DNA of 64,000 nt. Origin: Narcine bancroftii (taxonomy: Eukaryota). The stretch lies in contig NC_091479.1 in assembly GCF_036971445.1 (NCBI RefSeq), positions 90,396,001 to 90,460,000 on the forward strand, in the 5' to 3' direction. Below the pieces are notes generated by a model. It did no database searches. It was not told the DNA's origin and saw nothing but the letters and a program-made list of their open reading frames with translations. The position numbers were made by a program, and so were the translations under genes. Positions 1 through 12,413 of this stretch are shown piece by piece (position 1 is the stretch's first letter; each line of letters starts with the position of its first letter).

Positions 1-99
1 ATTATTCTACGCTGATGTTCCCACTCAAAGACGTACGCTGTGGATTGCTTCATACCTCCTTCTCACCTGGTAAGAAAGACAAGTTATAATCACAGGAAA

Positions 100-222
100 C
101 AGGAAAGTCTGCAGATACTGTGATTGTAGTAAAAACACACACAGGAATGCTGGAGGAACTCAGCCAATCATAGGAGGTAAAGAATATATTACTGACATTT
201 CGGGCCTGAGCCCTTCTTCAAA
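100..222 (-). mobile_element. Penelope-like pseudo-LTR fragment with a minimal hammerhead-like motif
   Basis: Minus strand reads TTGAAGA-A-GGGC-TCAG-GCCC-GAAA-TGTC followed by ...GCTGAGTTCCTCCAGCATT. Related copies at ~48815-48940 and ~53275-53385. Confidence 0.55.
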
Positions 223-639
223 GAATCACAGCCAACAAGATCTACTTATTTCAGGGATTAAAAGGCACTCCTCTCAATTTCAAATCAGGTAAAGGATTTT
301 CTATCCAGATTTGTAACATGGTAATGTAATTATCGATGATATAACTCCTCAAATGCTTGTTGCATTCTTACTAAATTTCATGTTGTTATTTTAACAGAGA
401 TACAAGCTCATTAAAAGAGCATAGTGCCAGCAAAATTGCCTGTAATTTATTCGTAACTTTCCTAACAATAATTTCTAACTGATTTTGTAAAGGATTTTTA
501 CTTTGTGCTTTGTAAATATAGTTTAAATCCGAAATGAACTTTAGTTATATGTTTGGCAAAAAACATCTATTGACATTTTTCCTAGTTTCTGGAAATCTAA
601 ACATGCTGTTCCAAAGTTAATCACAAATTTGTTTATACA

Positions 640-865
640 AATGCCTCCGAAGTTGTGTGTTAAGTGCAATTCAGATTGATAGGATAACGTTTATTTTCCT
701 TGCGTTTGCTAGAATCCTACTGGAAATTAGTTTAGGGTTGGATCAAATAATTCCTAGTGGGCTGAAGATCATTGTGGTAAACTCGCCATAAATTGACACT
801 AATTTGACAAACTGACTCATAGAGGCCATAAAGAGAACTGATATGGAAAATGGAAAAACTGACAC
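640..865 (+). mobile_element. Ancient LF-SINE-like relic, copy 1
   Basis: TTCCTAGTGG...CCATAAATTGACACTAATTTGACAAACTGACTCATAGAGGCCATA aligns by eye with 9650-9775 and with the recalled LF-SINE body. Confidence 0.45.
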
Positions 866-1059
866 CAATGCAATAACAGGTTACTTTTTGAGTCAGGCAT
901 CAAAGTACGTGGACAGGATAGAAGAGAGGAAACTTTGCTCTAGTTCTAGCAGCAGAGAATGACCTCAGCAAGGAATGTTCACCACTGTCAATAAGCCAAG
1001 AATTTTTTCTCCCCCAAGATCAAATAAATGATACAGAAATTCATCTTTTTATACTATCT

Positions 1060-1305
1060 AAACAGCATGGTAACAGGTCAATTTAGACCAATGAGTTGGT
1101 GACACCCAATTTACACCACATTAACCTACATCCCAGTATGCTTTTGAAGGGTGGGAGGAAACCAGAGCCCCCAGGGAAAGCCCACGCAGACTCAGGGAGA
1201 ACGTACAAGCTCCTTACAGACAGTGCGGGATTTGAACCCAGGTCCGGTCCCAGTCGCTGATGCTGTAAAGGCATGGTACTAACCACTGCACCAACCGTGC
1301 CAGCC
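1060..1305 (-). mobile_element. tRNA-derived V-SINE (HE1-like) with CR1-type tail
   Basis: Reverse complement of the family seen at 50702-50950: tRNA-like head with GGTTCAAATCCC B box, V-core GGTTTCCTCCCAC, tail TTACCATGCTGT. Confidence 0.75.
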
Positions 1306-1503
1306 TCATCATGCCAGCCAAGCGGCCCATATTATTATTAAACAATAATTCTATTTTGTGGCATCAGCAGATATCATATTCAAAATAGGAAAGCTTGGAA
1401 AATTGGATGATATTGAGTCCTGTTAAACCTTTTGTTTTGGGTCTCTCTTTCCACTGTTGATGCTGAGTGCTTCCATCATTTTTTGTTTATGTAGTTTCTG
1501 CAT

Positions 1504-1981
1504 AGTCCGCAAGCATCAAATCCACGCTGCTGAAGACCCAACTGTGCTGGGTGGGTCATGTCTCCAGAATGGAGGACCATCGCCTTCCCAAGATCGTGTT
1601 ATATGGCGAGCTCTCCACTGGCCACCGAGACAGAGGTGCACCAAAGAAGAGGTACAAGGACAGCTTAAAGAAATCTCTTGGTGCCTGCCACATTGACCAC
1701 CGCCAGTGGGCTGATATCGCCTCCAACCGTGCATCTTGGCCCCTCACAGTTCGGCGGGCAGCAACCTCCTTTGAAGAAGACTGCAGAGCCCACCTCACTG
1801 ACAAAAGACAAAGGAGGAAAAACCCAACACCCAACCCCAACCCACCAATTTTCCCTTGCAACCGCTGCAACCGTGCCTGCCTGTCCCGCATCGGACTTGT
1901 CAGTCACCAACAAGCCTGCAGCAGACATGGACATACCCCTCCATAAATCTTCATCCGCGAAGCCAAGCCAAAGAAAGAAGA
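1504..1981 (+). mobile_element. 5'-truncated RTE copy
   Basis: Near-identical to the 3' end of the element at 12164-15868. Has an AAG-rich tail and an 11-bp TSD AGTTTCTGCAT at 1493-1503 and 1982-1992. Confidence 0.95.
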
Positions 1982-4130
1982 AGTTTCTGCATTGGAAAAC
2001 TCATTAAAGACATGTCTTATCCTATATGTGGTTATGTTTTAATCATCATCTCTGCATATGCAAGTCTTCTGAAATACATCTTTTTCACAGCAGCTTGTGG
2101 AACTTAACTTACAATACCAGTCACAATAGGAATCCTGCATAACAACCAAACTTAACTGATTCAGCCAGTATAAGTCGACGACACGTTACCTATAAACAAA
2201 CAGAACTGTGGAATACGAATCCCAAAAGATGGGTCAAATTCCCATAAAATGAATATTGCATTTGATTTATGAAGCCAATTAAGGTATTTTCTCTCTGCCT
2301 TTTGTTCTCTGGTGAAGAATGGTTACATTTGAGTTATATTTCCTGAATACTAAGTAAAAAGATATTGAGGTGAAGAATCTCATTAAAACCTACAAAACCA
2401 AGCTTTTGTGATCTTCATAGTAAAATGTTCTCCGTAGTTTTTTAAAAAATCTGCAAATAATAGATTATTAAAAATAGATATTCCAAATGTTTCCAGATCA
2501 CTTTGAATATAAATATCAGGTCATGATTATCAGATCATGGTATGATGATAGAATGGTAGAATTATATTTTCTTAGGAATGGGACAAATGAATTTGTGATC
2601 AATTCCATTGTTGGAGCCAAATTTCCTTCAATACATTTATCCCTCAGTGAAGCACAAGTTCATGTTCAAAGTTTATTAATATCATCCAATTGTAAACAGC
2701 ATTCCTTGGACCTTGGTGTAAAAATATACAAACACATCTAAAGACATCGCACACGTATTTACAAGTGATTTATATGCAGCACATATATAAAAATAAATAA
2801 ATATTGTTAAATAATAATAGATTCTCAGAGAGATTGTATGAGCAATTCATCAGTCATTCAGTATTCTCACTGCCCATTTCTCTGAATTCACTCCCTGAAC
2901 TCACGCGCATGTGGCAACCAAACTCCAGTATGTGAATCATCTGCGCATATGCCAACCGAAGACTCGTGCATATGCACACGAATCAAGATGGGTGTGCCCA
3001 ACCTATGGAGCCTGGGATGCCAACTAACAAAGTTAAGTACACACATTTTGGCTCTTATATGCCCTTTATCCTTGTTATAGATTAAAAAATACAACATAAA
3101 CTGCGTAAATTTTATATTTTCTCATATTTTTAAAAAATTCAGTCGTTTGTGTAGATAGACGTAAGTCGCATAGGGCACAGGTCGGGGAATACCTGTATAA
3201 TGTTCCTTCTTTTAATTCATACTTGCTTCTGAGTCCTGAGCTGCTTATTTATTATTCCTTTAATTTGATCAGTTTTATTTTTTTCTTGCGAGTTCAGGTC
3301 CTCGATGCCCTGTTTCCCTAATCAGTTTGCACTTACGGCAAGCTGCCACCCAAGAAAATGTAAAAATCTAAACAAGCAAGGGCAAGTCTAACGAGTGGCA
3401 GATGCTCTGCTATGTGCAACTATGCCCCAAAAGTGATTATGGCAAGCACAAAATGTTTTATTTTTTGCCCTGTAGCTTGTATTGATGAAAAGATGACTTT
3501 ACTAGCAATGCCTGACATTTCAGTGATTGAATTCCTGTTTTAAAGCCCAGGCATATAACTTACAAGGAAAACACTGTAAGTTATAAGAAGGGAGGGGATG
3601 TGGGTTATGTGAAGATTTTCTTTTAAGAGGAACAATGTCCTTTAAATGTTATATTTAACCAAAAAAACACCTTTGAAATATCCTTAGCTTCTGAATTCTG
3701 GATTCCAAAGATAATATGCTTTTATTTTCAATCAATGATGTTCCCAAGTTACAGAATTTCACATTATATAGGTACAATACTGTCTTTGTGAGAATAAATG
3801 CCATTTGCAAGTTAGAAGGAAATATTCTCAATTGGATGAAGGAACTCAATTTGCAATTTTCAATTTGCAATGAAACATAACATGAAAAAAGACAAAGGTA
3901 GTTGCCAATTGATCTTCAATGTCCTCCTGAGAACTCTGAGTAGAGTTCAGATGCTTCCAAAGAAACCAGAAACTCATTGTCAGCCTGGGTTGTCCTGATC
4001 TATATGAAAGCATATCTGAGCAGGCATCTGAAGAATGGCATTGGTGATACCAGAACAGCTGCTGGTCAGCCTGTTTGTGTTAGAATCACCAGGAAATTAA
4101 TGAAGGAGACTTACCTGAATGTTTCCTTTT

Positions 4131-4755
4131 GTCTTCATTATGACTTGGCATCGCAAACGAAGATTTAGGAAGGGTCATAGACATGGGCATGTCCTTTGAG
4201 CCTGCACAATGGATTTTTAGGTTGAGTCCAGTGTGTGCAGTATTGGCCCTACCTCAGCATTTATCTGCCATGGCCTAGCGTGCTAGGACGGTGACAGCCA
4301 GGCCCTCGGGTCGTAGGTGTTATGTTGGAGTGTCCTCCTTCTAGATGAATGGCCTGATGAGGCTAATGAGCCCCATCTTCCTATGTTTGAAACCTGAGTT
4401 TTCCTTCTCTTAGGCTGGCTGTTGATCAAGGCTAATGAGCCCAGTCTACCCATCTAGTTATAACGCTGGATACTCGGTCGTGCCACGACATAGCAAACTC
4501 AGTGAAAATGGGAGACACCGCCGAGAAGGTGTGCTATGAATGCAGTAATATAGGAGAGGCCATTTACAGTGAACTTGTGCCTAGCAAGGCAGACAGTGGC
4601 CATGTGGTGATCACTGCACCTATAAAGGTGAGGGAATGTATTACGTGTGCACTTTCCCGAGGGGGGGGGGCAGGTAAGGTCTGGGCCTGATAGCTCTTAG
4701 AGGGTCCTATAAGCACCCAAGAGATCCCTAAGCAAAGACAGCTGGGTTGTGGCTT
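4131..4755 (-). mobile_element. Non-autonomous bipartite RTE derivative (5' leader fused to 3' tail)
   Basis: Minus strand 4178-4370 aligns with RTE 12300-12499 (ACCTACGACCC, GGGCCARTACTGC, ACCTAAAA). 4133-4176 aligns with the RTE 3' terminus (TAAATCTTCGT..GCGA.GCCAAG). The 5' boundary is approximate. Confidence 0.75.
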
Positions 4756-4759
4756 ATGA

Positions 4760-5340
4760 TATTACAAAGTGTTGGCGAAGGTTTGGTATGACATTGAAAA
4801 CCTTGGCAAATTTCTACGTGTAGTGGAAAGTGTGCTGACTGGCCGCATCATAGCCTGGTATTGGGGGTGGGGGGGGGTGGGGGGCAACAATACCTCTGAG
4901 TGGAAAGCTCTGCAAGAAGTAGTGGACATAGCCAATGCAAAACTTTCCCCATCATTGAGAAAATCTGCAGGAAGCATAGCCGTCAGAGAGCAGCAGCAAT
5001 CATCAAAGATCCACTCCATCCAGCTCACACACTGTTCTCGCTGCTGCCATCAGGAAAGAGGAATATGTACCACGAGACTTGTACCACTATGTTCAGGAAC
5101 AGTCACTACACCTCCAACATCAGATTCCTAAACAACAAACTCAATCAGAGCTACATTTAAGGACTAAGCACATTTATTTGAATATTTATTTTCTGTATTG
5201 CACAATTTTTTTTGCACTTTTCTTCATTTATATTTCATTCTTTTGTTTAAATGTCTATTCTTGAGTACTTTTTTGCACTATTGATAAGTAGAAATTCTGT
5301 TTGCCTGCAGGAAAAAAAATCTCATGTGATGTCATATATG
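4760..5340 (+). mobile_element. Rex1/Babar-type LINE 3' fragment
   Basis: Degenerate peptides VVESVLTG.I.AWY and AAAIIKDPLHPAHTLFSLLPSGKR followed by an AT-rich 3' UTR. Confidence 0.7.
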
Positions 5341-5341
5341 T

Positions 5342-5994
5342 TGTAACAGGCACAGAGAACCCCAAAACCCAGCAGCAATAGAAATTCACCAAGACAAATG
5401 GTTACTTAAACAGAAGTTGCTTTTAATTATCTTTAAACATGAAAATAGGATCAAACTTTAACTTATTACTATTAACTTAACTTAATCCCCTTCTAATTCT
5501 AAGCATATGTGTATATAATGTGTATAAGTTCAGAAAAGTTATTTGATTCACAGTCCAATCTCACTTCTCACTCCTCCAAGTTCACTGGTATCAGGCAACT
5601 CATATACTGTGCACAGAATTCAACATTTATGAATTTTCACCAAGCTCTAGTGCTTACAGGTAATTGGTTATTGCTCAGGAAGGTTCTTGTTGGTTTCAGA
5701 GAGAGTTTTGTTGCTTGTTGGATACACAAACCGACTTATTCCATCAGTCACTTTAGTGTCTTGCTGAAGAAATTTGCCCCATCAGGATTTTCCAAATGAT
5801 AACCTCTTCTTTCAGGTCACCACAGAGTTCCTCTTGTTTCCTTTATTTCAGGTGAAACACTCTAGTCAACCATTTCCTCTGTAAGGACCACAAGGGTTTT
5901 CACCAGGCTGAACTCAGAATTCACAACCCACCTTTCAAAATGGGGTCTTCAACAAGCTGCCATCTTGTCATCCAAAAGCCACACTCCAACTAAG

Positions 5995-5995
<1 letters not shown>
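5342..5995 (-). mobile_element. LTR fragment or solo LTR
   Basis: Begins TGTAACA on the plus strand. Shares CCAGCAGCAATAGAAATTCACCAAGA with the reverse complement of the LTR end at 30320-30359. Confidence 0.6.

Positions 5996-5997
<2 letters not shown>

Positions 5998-6064
<67 letters not shown>
5998..6064. repeat. (GA)n microsatellite
   Basis: About 33 perfect GA units. Confidence 0.98.
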
Positions 6065-6069
<5 letters not shown>

Positions 6070-6695
6070 TTTGGCTAAATTCTATTCTAATATGTGTTCA
6101 AAATGTGACAGAGGTAAGAGTGAATAAGGTACATTGTTTCATATGTTTTGGACATGTCCTTTTCTTTCCAACTCCTGGGAAAATATTTTTCGTACCTTGT
6201 CTTTAGTTCTTAATATTAATTTGATTCCTAATCCTCTTTCTGCCCTGTTTGGAGCAAGTAAGCCAGCTATCTTGAATTTGTCTGGGCTACAATCTTTGCT
6301 CTCCTTATCGTTAGAAGAGCTGTATTGGTGAGACGGAAAGATGCTGTCCCTCCTACTCATAATCAATGGCTAATGATGTGAAGGCATGCCTGACTTTGGA
6401 AAAAAATAGATGCTCTACCACTGAAATGAACTTTACATTTTCCTTTTCTTAATTATTTAGATCCCGCTTTGTGGTTTGGTTGCTTTCCCTTTTTACAGTT
6501 GTGGAATGCACATGTTCAACCAATAACTTCACAAGGTTAGATTACTAGTATAATTTTTACATGTATCTTTTTTGTCTTTTTCAATGTATCTTAGGTTATT
6601 TATAGCCATACATAATAGTGTATCTACATTGTTGGATAATTATGATCATTACCTAGGCACAATTTATTTGTAAAACTCAATAAAAATATGGAAAA
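6065..6695 (+). mobile_element. L1-clade LINE 3' fragment
   Basis: CCHC-region peptide GTLFHMFWTCP..WENIF, then a 3' UTR with AATAAA. Same family as 27509-28797. Confidence 0.7.
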
Positions 6696-7466
6696 AGTGA
6701 AAAGGAATAGGGCCCTTGAAGAAAATCTGGATATAAGCTAAGGAAACAAGGGAAAATAACCAAAAATGAAACTGAAGATTCCTTTCAACAAATGGAAACC
6801 AATATAAATTTGCTTTCTTGAGAATTGTAGTAAATAACTTGCCTTAATCTAGCAATACTTCATTTTGATTTTCAAATAAAGAAAATAAGATGAATAGCAG
6901 GACTATCTACATAACTGGAATATTTCAGCCTGTGTAAGGAATTGCTAAACGGGTTTCATAAATCACTAACATGAGGAGTAATTCCCTGATTCATGTTATA
7001 CCTATGCTGGCATTAAAACAAGTATGATATTCATTAGAGGAGACTTTAACTAAGGTGACAGAAGTTCAGTGTTGAACTTCATTTGCTTTCTAATTATGAG
7101 GTGGTGGTAAGTAGCAGATCTCCCACAAAAGTGACCTTAATTGACTGAGAATCAGAATCAGAATTTATTGTCATGAACAAGTCACAAAATTTGGTGTATT
7201 GCAACATGCTCATAGTGCAAACATTCATTTACACCACCTTACAACAATAAATAACAAAATAGTGCACGAAAAAGTAAGGCAGTGAATTTGGTTAATTGAT
7301 TATTCAGGAATCTGATGGCAGCAGCGGAGAAGCTACCCTTGTGTTGCTGAGTGCTCGTCTCTAGGCTCCTTTTCCCTATTGGTAGTGGAGGCCTGGGTGG
7401 TGGGGGGTGTTTAAGGATAGAAGCTGTTTTTTTAAGACATGACCTCTTTTAGATGTCCTAGGTGGA

Positions 7467-8265
7467 GTGAAGTCTGTCGCATCGCAGCACCTGCACTCCC
7501 TAAGGAGGCTGAGGAGGGGAAAGCTGCCAATCCCCATCTTGACAACAATTTACGGGAACACAATTGAGAGCATCCTGTCTAGCTACATTGTTGTGTGGCA
7601 TCAGACCAGAGGTCTATACAGAGCTCAACAATCATTAAAACAGACAAGAAGATCACAGGGAGCACACTTTCCTCTATAGATCACATTTACTGGGAGCGTT
7701 GGGTAAATAAGACCCAAGGGCAGCATGGTTAGCACAGGAGTTAGCGCCACGCAAATGCAGCTCCAGCAACCCAGGTTCAAATATGGAGCTGTCTAAAAAG
7801 AATTGTTTTTGTCTTCATGGGTTTCCTCTGGGTGCTCCAATGTCCTCCCACCTTTTGAAAATGTACAAGGATTTTGTTAATCGGTGTATTTGGCTGACAT
7901 AGGCTTGTGGGCCGGAAGGGCCTGTTACCATGCTGTGCATTTAAATTTAAATAAAATTAAAGGAATTTTAAAAGCACCTTTCCATCCAGCGCACAGTATC
8001 TTTCACCCACTACCATCAAGCAGAAGGTACAGGAGGATTAATGTCAGGACCACTAGGCTGGGGAATAGTTTCTTCTTGCAGGCTGTGTGACTGATGAACA
8101 GTATCCTGTAAGCAAGTAAATCATCTCAAAATATTCATCCATAAATCTATTTTGATTATTTTATGTGATCTTAATGTACTGTGTTTATAGGGTGCACCGT
8201 GGTCTGGAGAGATGTTGTTTCATCGGGTTGTACATGGACAATCAGCTAATAATAAACTTGAACTC
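7467..8265 (+). mobile_element. Rex1/Babar-type LINE 3' fragment interrupted by a V-SINE (~7718-7945)
   Basis: Peptides TIESILSSYIVVW and HPAHSIFHPLPSSRRYRRI..RTTRLGNSFF; tail AATAAACTTGAACT. Confidence 0.65.
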
Positions 8266-8630
8266 ACCTTGACTCATGCTGTGCTTGTGCAGTCACCATA
8301 CTTATCTTTATTGCTGCATTATTAGCAGTGGTATTGAAGTTCAATCCCTTTCCTTTATGTCAAAGGCAAAACTCAAATTCCGTGTTGCTCACCAGAATTT
8401 GATCCTCAGTTTATCCTATGGTGGTTTCTTTTCAAGCTAGTTAATTTCCTTGTAGTAATAAATACTCATAGATTGAAGTCCCAAGATGATAAAGCTGTGA
8501 ATTTTCTCTTTCACGGGGAAAGAAATTTAAAAAATGCAAATATCAGTATAATGTTACTATCTAGTTAATTCAAACTGGACCAGATTCATTTCACAGATGC
8601 CCACAGAAGTGTCTTCAATTGGACATCATC

Positions 8631-8769
8631 GAGGGAGGCTAATCACTGATTTTTCTCCTGTTGAGATCTGTGCAGAGAAATTCCTCGAGGCTTCCGGCAA
8701 ATTGACATAAATCTTCGATAGAAGCTTAAACAGTGTTTCTTCTGGTCATCCACCAAAACTGGCGATTGG
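8631..8769 (+). repeat. 139-bp local direct duplication, copy A
   Basis: Matches 10193-10331 with 4 substitutions by eye. Confidence 0.95.
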
Positions 8770-9504
8770 TGTCTGCGTGGAGAAAAATTGGGTCTTATTG
8801 GAACAGTCAGCTGAGAAGAAATTTATACTGCTGTTTAAAATTATGAAGATTAAGGTAATCTATTTTGCCACTTAGTTAATTGGTAAAATAAAAGACATAA
8901 ACTTAAGGGCCTTGAATTTGTTTACAAGTACTCCTACTTTGCCATTATAACTTTACTGGCAATGTGGTGGAAATTCATTTCGCTTGTAAATGTGGCTTCT
9001 GCTGAGCTTTGAGCAATATAGTGGTGATTTGAGCACCATGACTTCCGAGGTTTCAAGCATAAATAACACCAAAGGAATGAAGCGAGAAGTTGTTTTTGAT
9101 TTTTAAAAGGAAATAAACATGTATTTGAAAAAAAAAGAACTTAAAAGGCTGAGGTTAATGGACAGGGAAACTGATAGTTCTGTTGTACTTGCAAAGTGCC
9201 AGCAGAGCTATGATAGGCTGATAGGTCTTCAGTACTCTGAAATTCTTCAAGGTTATATCTGAGCTACAGAACAAGTTGACATTGCTTCACAAATGAAATG
9301 CAATTACAAAAGAATTAAATAAAATTCTAAACACTTTTGTTGAAGTTCATTTGTTGTATAAAATTATTCACAACTGTTCATTCATGATAGTCCTCAAAAT
9401 GGCCCCGACAAATTATACACTGCAGCTTTAACTCGAAAAAGTGTTGTTCCCTTTGTTGTTAGTGAACGTCACTGGCTTCATCTTGAATTTTCTAATTTAT
9501 GATC

Positions 9505-9778
9505 TCGAGCTCTGGGTGGCGTGGTGAGATACAATGCTTTCTTTTTACTTCTGGGAGTGGAGATCAAGTTCAGCCCAAACAGATGGGACAAAAGGCTTCT
9601 CTCTGTGATGGTTTTTCTAGGTTTGAAGTAAAATTAACTTAGCAGACACGAATAGTTCCCAGTAGATATAAGTCAATCGCACAAAACTACCCATAACTTG
9701 GCACTAATTGGCACTAATTTGCCAATCTCATTCAGAGAGGCCATAGGCTAGAAGTTGTGGGAAATGGAACTGTCAGGT
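9505..9778 (+). mobile_element. Ancient LF-SINE-like relic, copy 2
   Basis: Degenerate tRNA-like head, then AGTTCCCAGTAGA..CACAAAACTACC..TTGGCACTAATTGGCAC..CAGAGAGGCCA, collinear with the recalled LF-SINE consensus. Confidence 0.55.
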
Positions 9779-10192
9779 TGGTGCAAAACTTGGCATCTGG
9801 CTATATATACATTGTAAGCAATATGCAGATGTCATCGTTTTTAATCCTGCATATGGGAGTGATATGTCATGGAGTTACAAAGGCTGAAATCTGATCTTTT
9901 CTTCCCATCATTATAATCCCTCACCTTAAAATCATGTTATAAGTAGCAATAAAAGTGAAATGTATATGTGCTATTCATGTTTGCAATAAAAACAATATTT
10001 TAATGCTTTGTTTTAATTTGTTCTTGAGATACGATTAAATATCAAGGCTGCACATACTGCCCACACCTAACTGGTCTGGGAAAGCAAGGGTATAGTAATT
10101 AGGCTAGCAGGGTGAAATAATTAGGTTAGCTGGGTGAAACCGAGCCCAGATTTTTGCTTCGTGCTGTGAGAGGCTTCTGTTGGTCAAGCGTA

Positions 10193-10331
10193 GAGGGAGG
10201 CTAATCACTGATTTTTCTCCTGTTGAGATTTGTGCAGAGAAATTCCTCAAGGCTTCCGGCAAATTGACATAAATCTTCGATAGAAGCTTAAACACTGTTT
10301 CTCCTGGTCATCCACCAAAACTGGCGATTGG
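10193..10331 (+). repeat. 139-bp local direct duplication, copy B
   Basis: Matches 8631-8769; offset 1562 bp. Confidence 0.95.
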
Positions 10332-10887
10332 CAGAAATTTGCAGCATTCTTGTCATGCCTCAAACACGAAGAAAGGCATTGAAAGGTACCTAACTCTTCT
10401 GACATAGTATATCAGGCATCGATCAATGCCTTGGGATATAGTAAGGAGAGAAAATTAGTCATGATTTCACAGGCATTTAGTTTCTTCTGAATTAAACAGA
10501 AATAACATGGTTAAAAATAAATGCAGAAATAATTTATTTTTCCCCCAGACTTGCACTGCTTTAGATATCTAAAAATTAAAGCAAGTTCCCATTTTAAAGA
10601 CTCTGTCAATTCTGTTTGTTCATGTCCAGATTTCAAAGGAAAGCAAATAGTTCAATGCACTTTGCTTCCCTTTGATGTTAATTCTCATATTGCATGCAAT
10701 CTTCATTTCAATTCTATCTCTTCTCTTTATTGTTGATAGACTGTAGACATTTCACTGCTATGTCTTTATGTAAACATGAGATAAGATTTTTTGAGAACAG
10801 AAAATGTTTTTTCACGTGTGGGCACTTTTCAATTACTATACTCAAAGTGGTTGCATTTTATAATTTCCACTTGCATTGAAAAATTAC

Positions 10888-11205
10888 CTTTTTTTTTCAA
10901 AAATAAACTTTATTCGCAATAATATTTTTTACCAAAAAGAAAGCCGTTCGAAGTCTTTTTGCCTTGTCAGTGTCATATTTAAACATTTCCACCAATGTAC
11001 ATCGTTGCATACATTCTCTACACCATTGCCACCACTGTGGCATCTGGTCATTACTCCCCATCTGTTCCACTAGGTCTCAGCCCCTCCATGCCCTGTAACA
11101 GAAGGACTCTAGACTGTGGTCCTTCCCCACAGTGCCCTTGCATTGCCTGCACTAAGTGCATCCCTCAGCAAGTACTCCTGCAGTCTAGAATGTGCCAGTC
11201 AGCAT
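10888..11205 (-). mobile_element. Tx1-type LINE 3' end
   Basis: Minus-strand peptides LAHSRLQEYLLRDAL and ARALWGRTTV, with AATAAA and an A-tail at ~10890-10914. Confidence 0.65.
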
Positions 11206-12413
11206 CATTCCTTTACCAATATCTTGGTATGGAAAGAATGGTAAGAATGGAAAGAATGGAATGAAAGAAGAGCTGACACAAAGTCTTCTTGACATTGAAG
11301 ATCCGGAACAATAATTGGGCTAGGAATCATTGGGTTGAATATATTTACTATATTTGATTGTTATTAATTACATAATGAATATGTATCTGGCTGGGGGGGG
11401 GGGGAGAGGGGGGTGGATGACACTGAAAGCTTTGACTGTCATCTACCACTACTGGTCTTACCACACCCAGATTTTTAGAGTGTTACTACCTTTGGGTGGT
11501 TTTTAAAATATTTTTTGGGGGTTTAAAATTTTTTTTTATTGAGGGTGGTTTTTTTGTGTTTTTGAAGAATTATAAAGGGGAGTGTTATTTTATAGAGTGT
11601 AAATATATTAATAGTTAGTAAAAATGTCTACTTTGAATTTTGCAACTTTTAATGTTCAGGGATTAAATAATCCAATTAAGCGAAAGAGCGTATTGGCTTA
11701 TATTAAAAAAAAGAAAATTGATATTGCCTTTTTACAAGAAACACATTTGACTGAAAAGGAACATTTGAAATTGAAAAAAGATTGGGTTGGACATGTGTTT
11801 CTTTCTTCTTTTAATTCTAAGGCAAAAAGGGTGGTGATTTTGATTCATAAAAATTTATCATTTGAATTGGAATCTTCAGAGGGAAATATAGGTAGAGTTT
11901 TACGGGTGAATAGTAAAATTTTTGCTGAATCTTGGACTTTACTTAATCTTTATGTGCCTAATATAGATGATGAGCGATTTATTTCTTTTTATTGTTAACT
12001 CAAGCTAATCAAAATATTTTAGTTGGGGGAGATTTTAATTGTGTTTTGGAACCTTTATTGGACAGAAACCCGAAGGGTATAAGGAAATCAAAGATGGCAA
12101 TACAGATCAAAGCATTGATAAAAGATTTAAATCTGTTAGATATTTGGAGAAAGGTTAATCCTAAAGGTCGAGTGAGGCAGGCGGAGGCCCCGGTCCGGGC
12201 AGGGAGTGGGAGGCGGTGGCCCCAGTCCAGGCACAGGGTGAACTGCGGCGGCCTCGGCCCCGGTCCGGGCAGTATGGACCGACCTAGGAGGGGAGGCAGG
12301 CCCCTCCAGCCCGGGTAAGAAACCTGCATAGGAGAAGGCCACTCCGATATAAAACCTACGACCCAAGGACCTCGCTGCCACGTCCCAGCTTGCTTGGCCA
12401 CGGCACACGAACC

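Noticed and set aside
10104-10295. 63-aa ORF over the duplicated 139-bp segment as a possible exon
   Set aside because: No recognisable protein motif or convincing splice sites.
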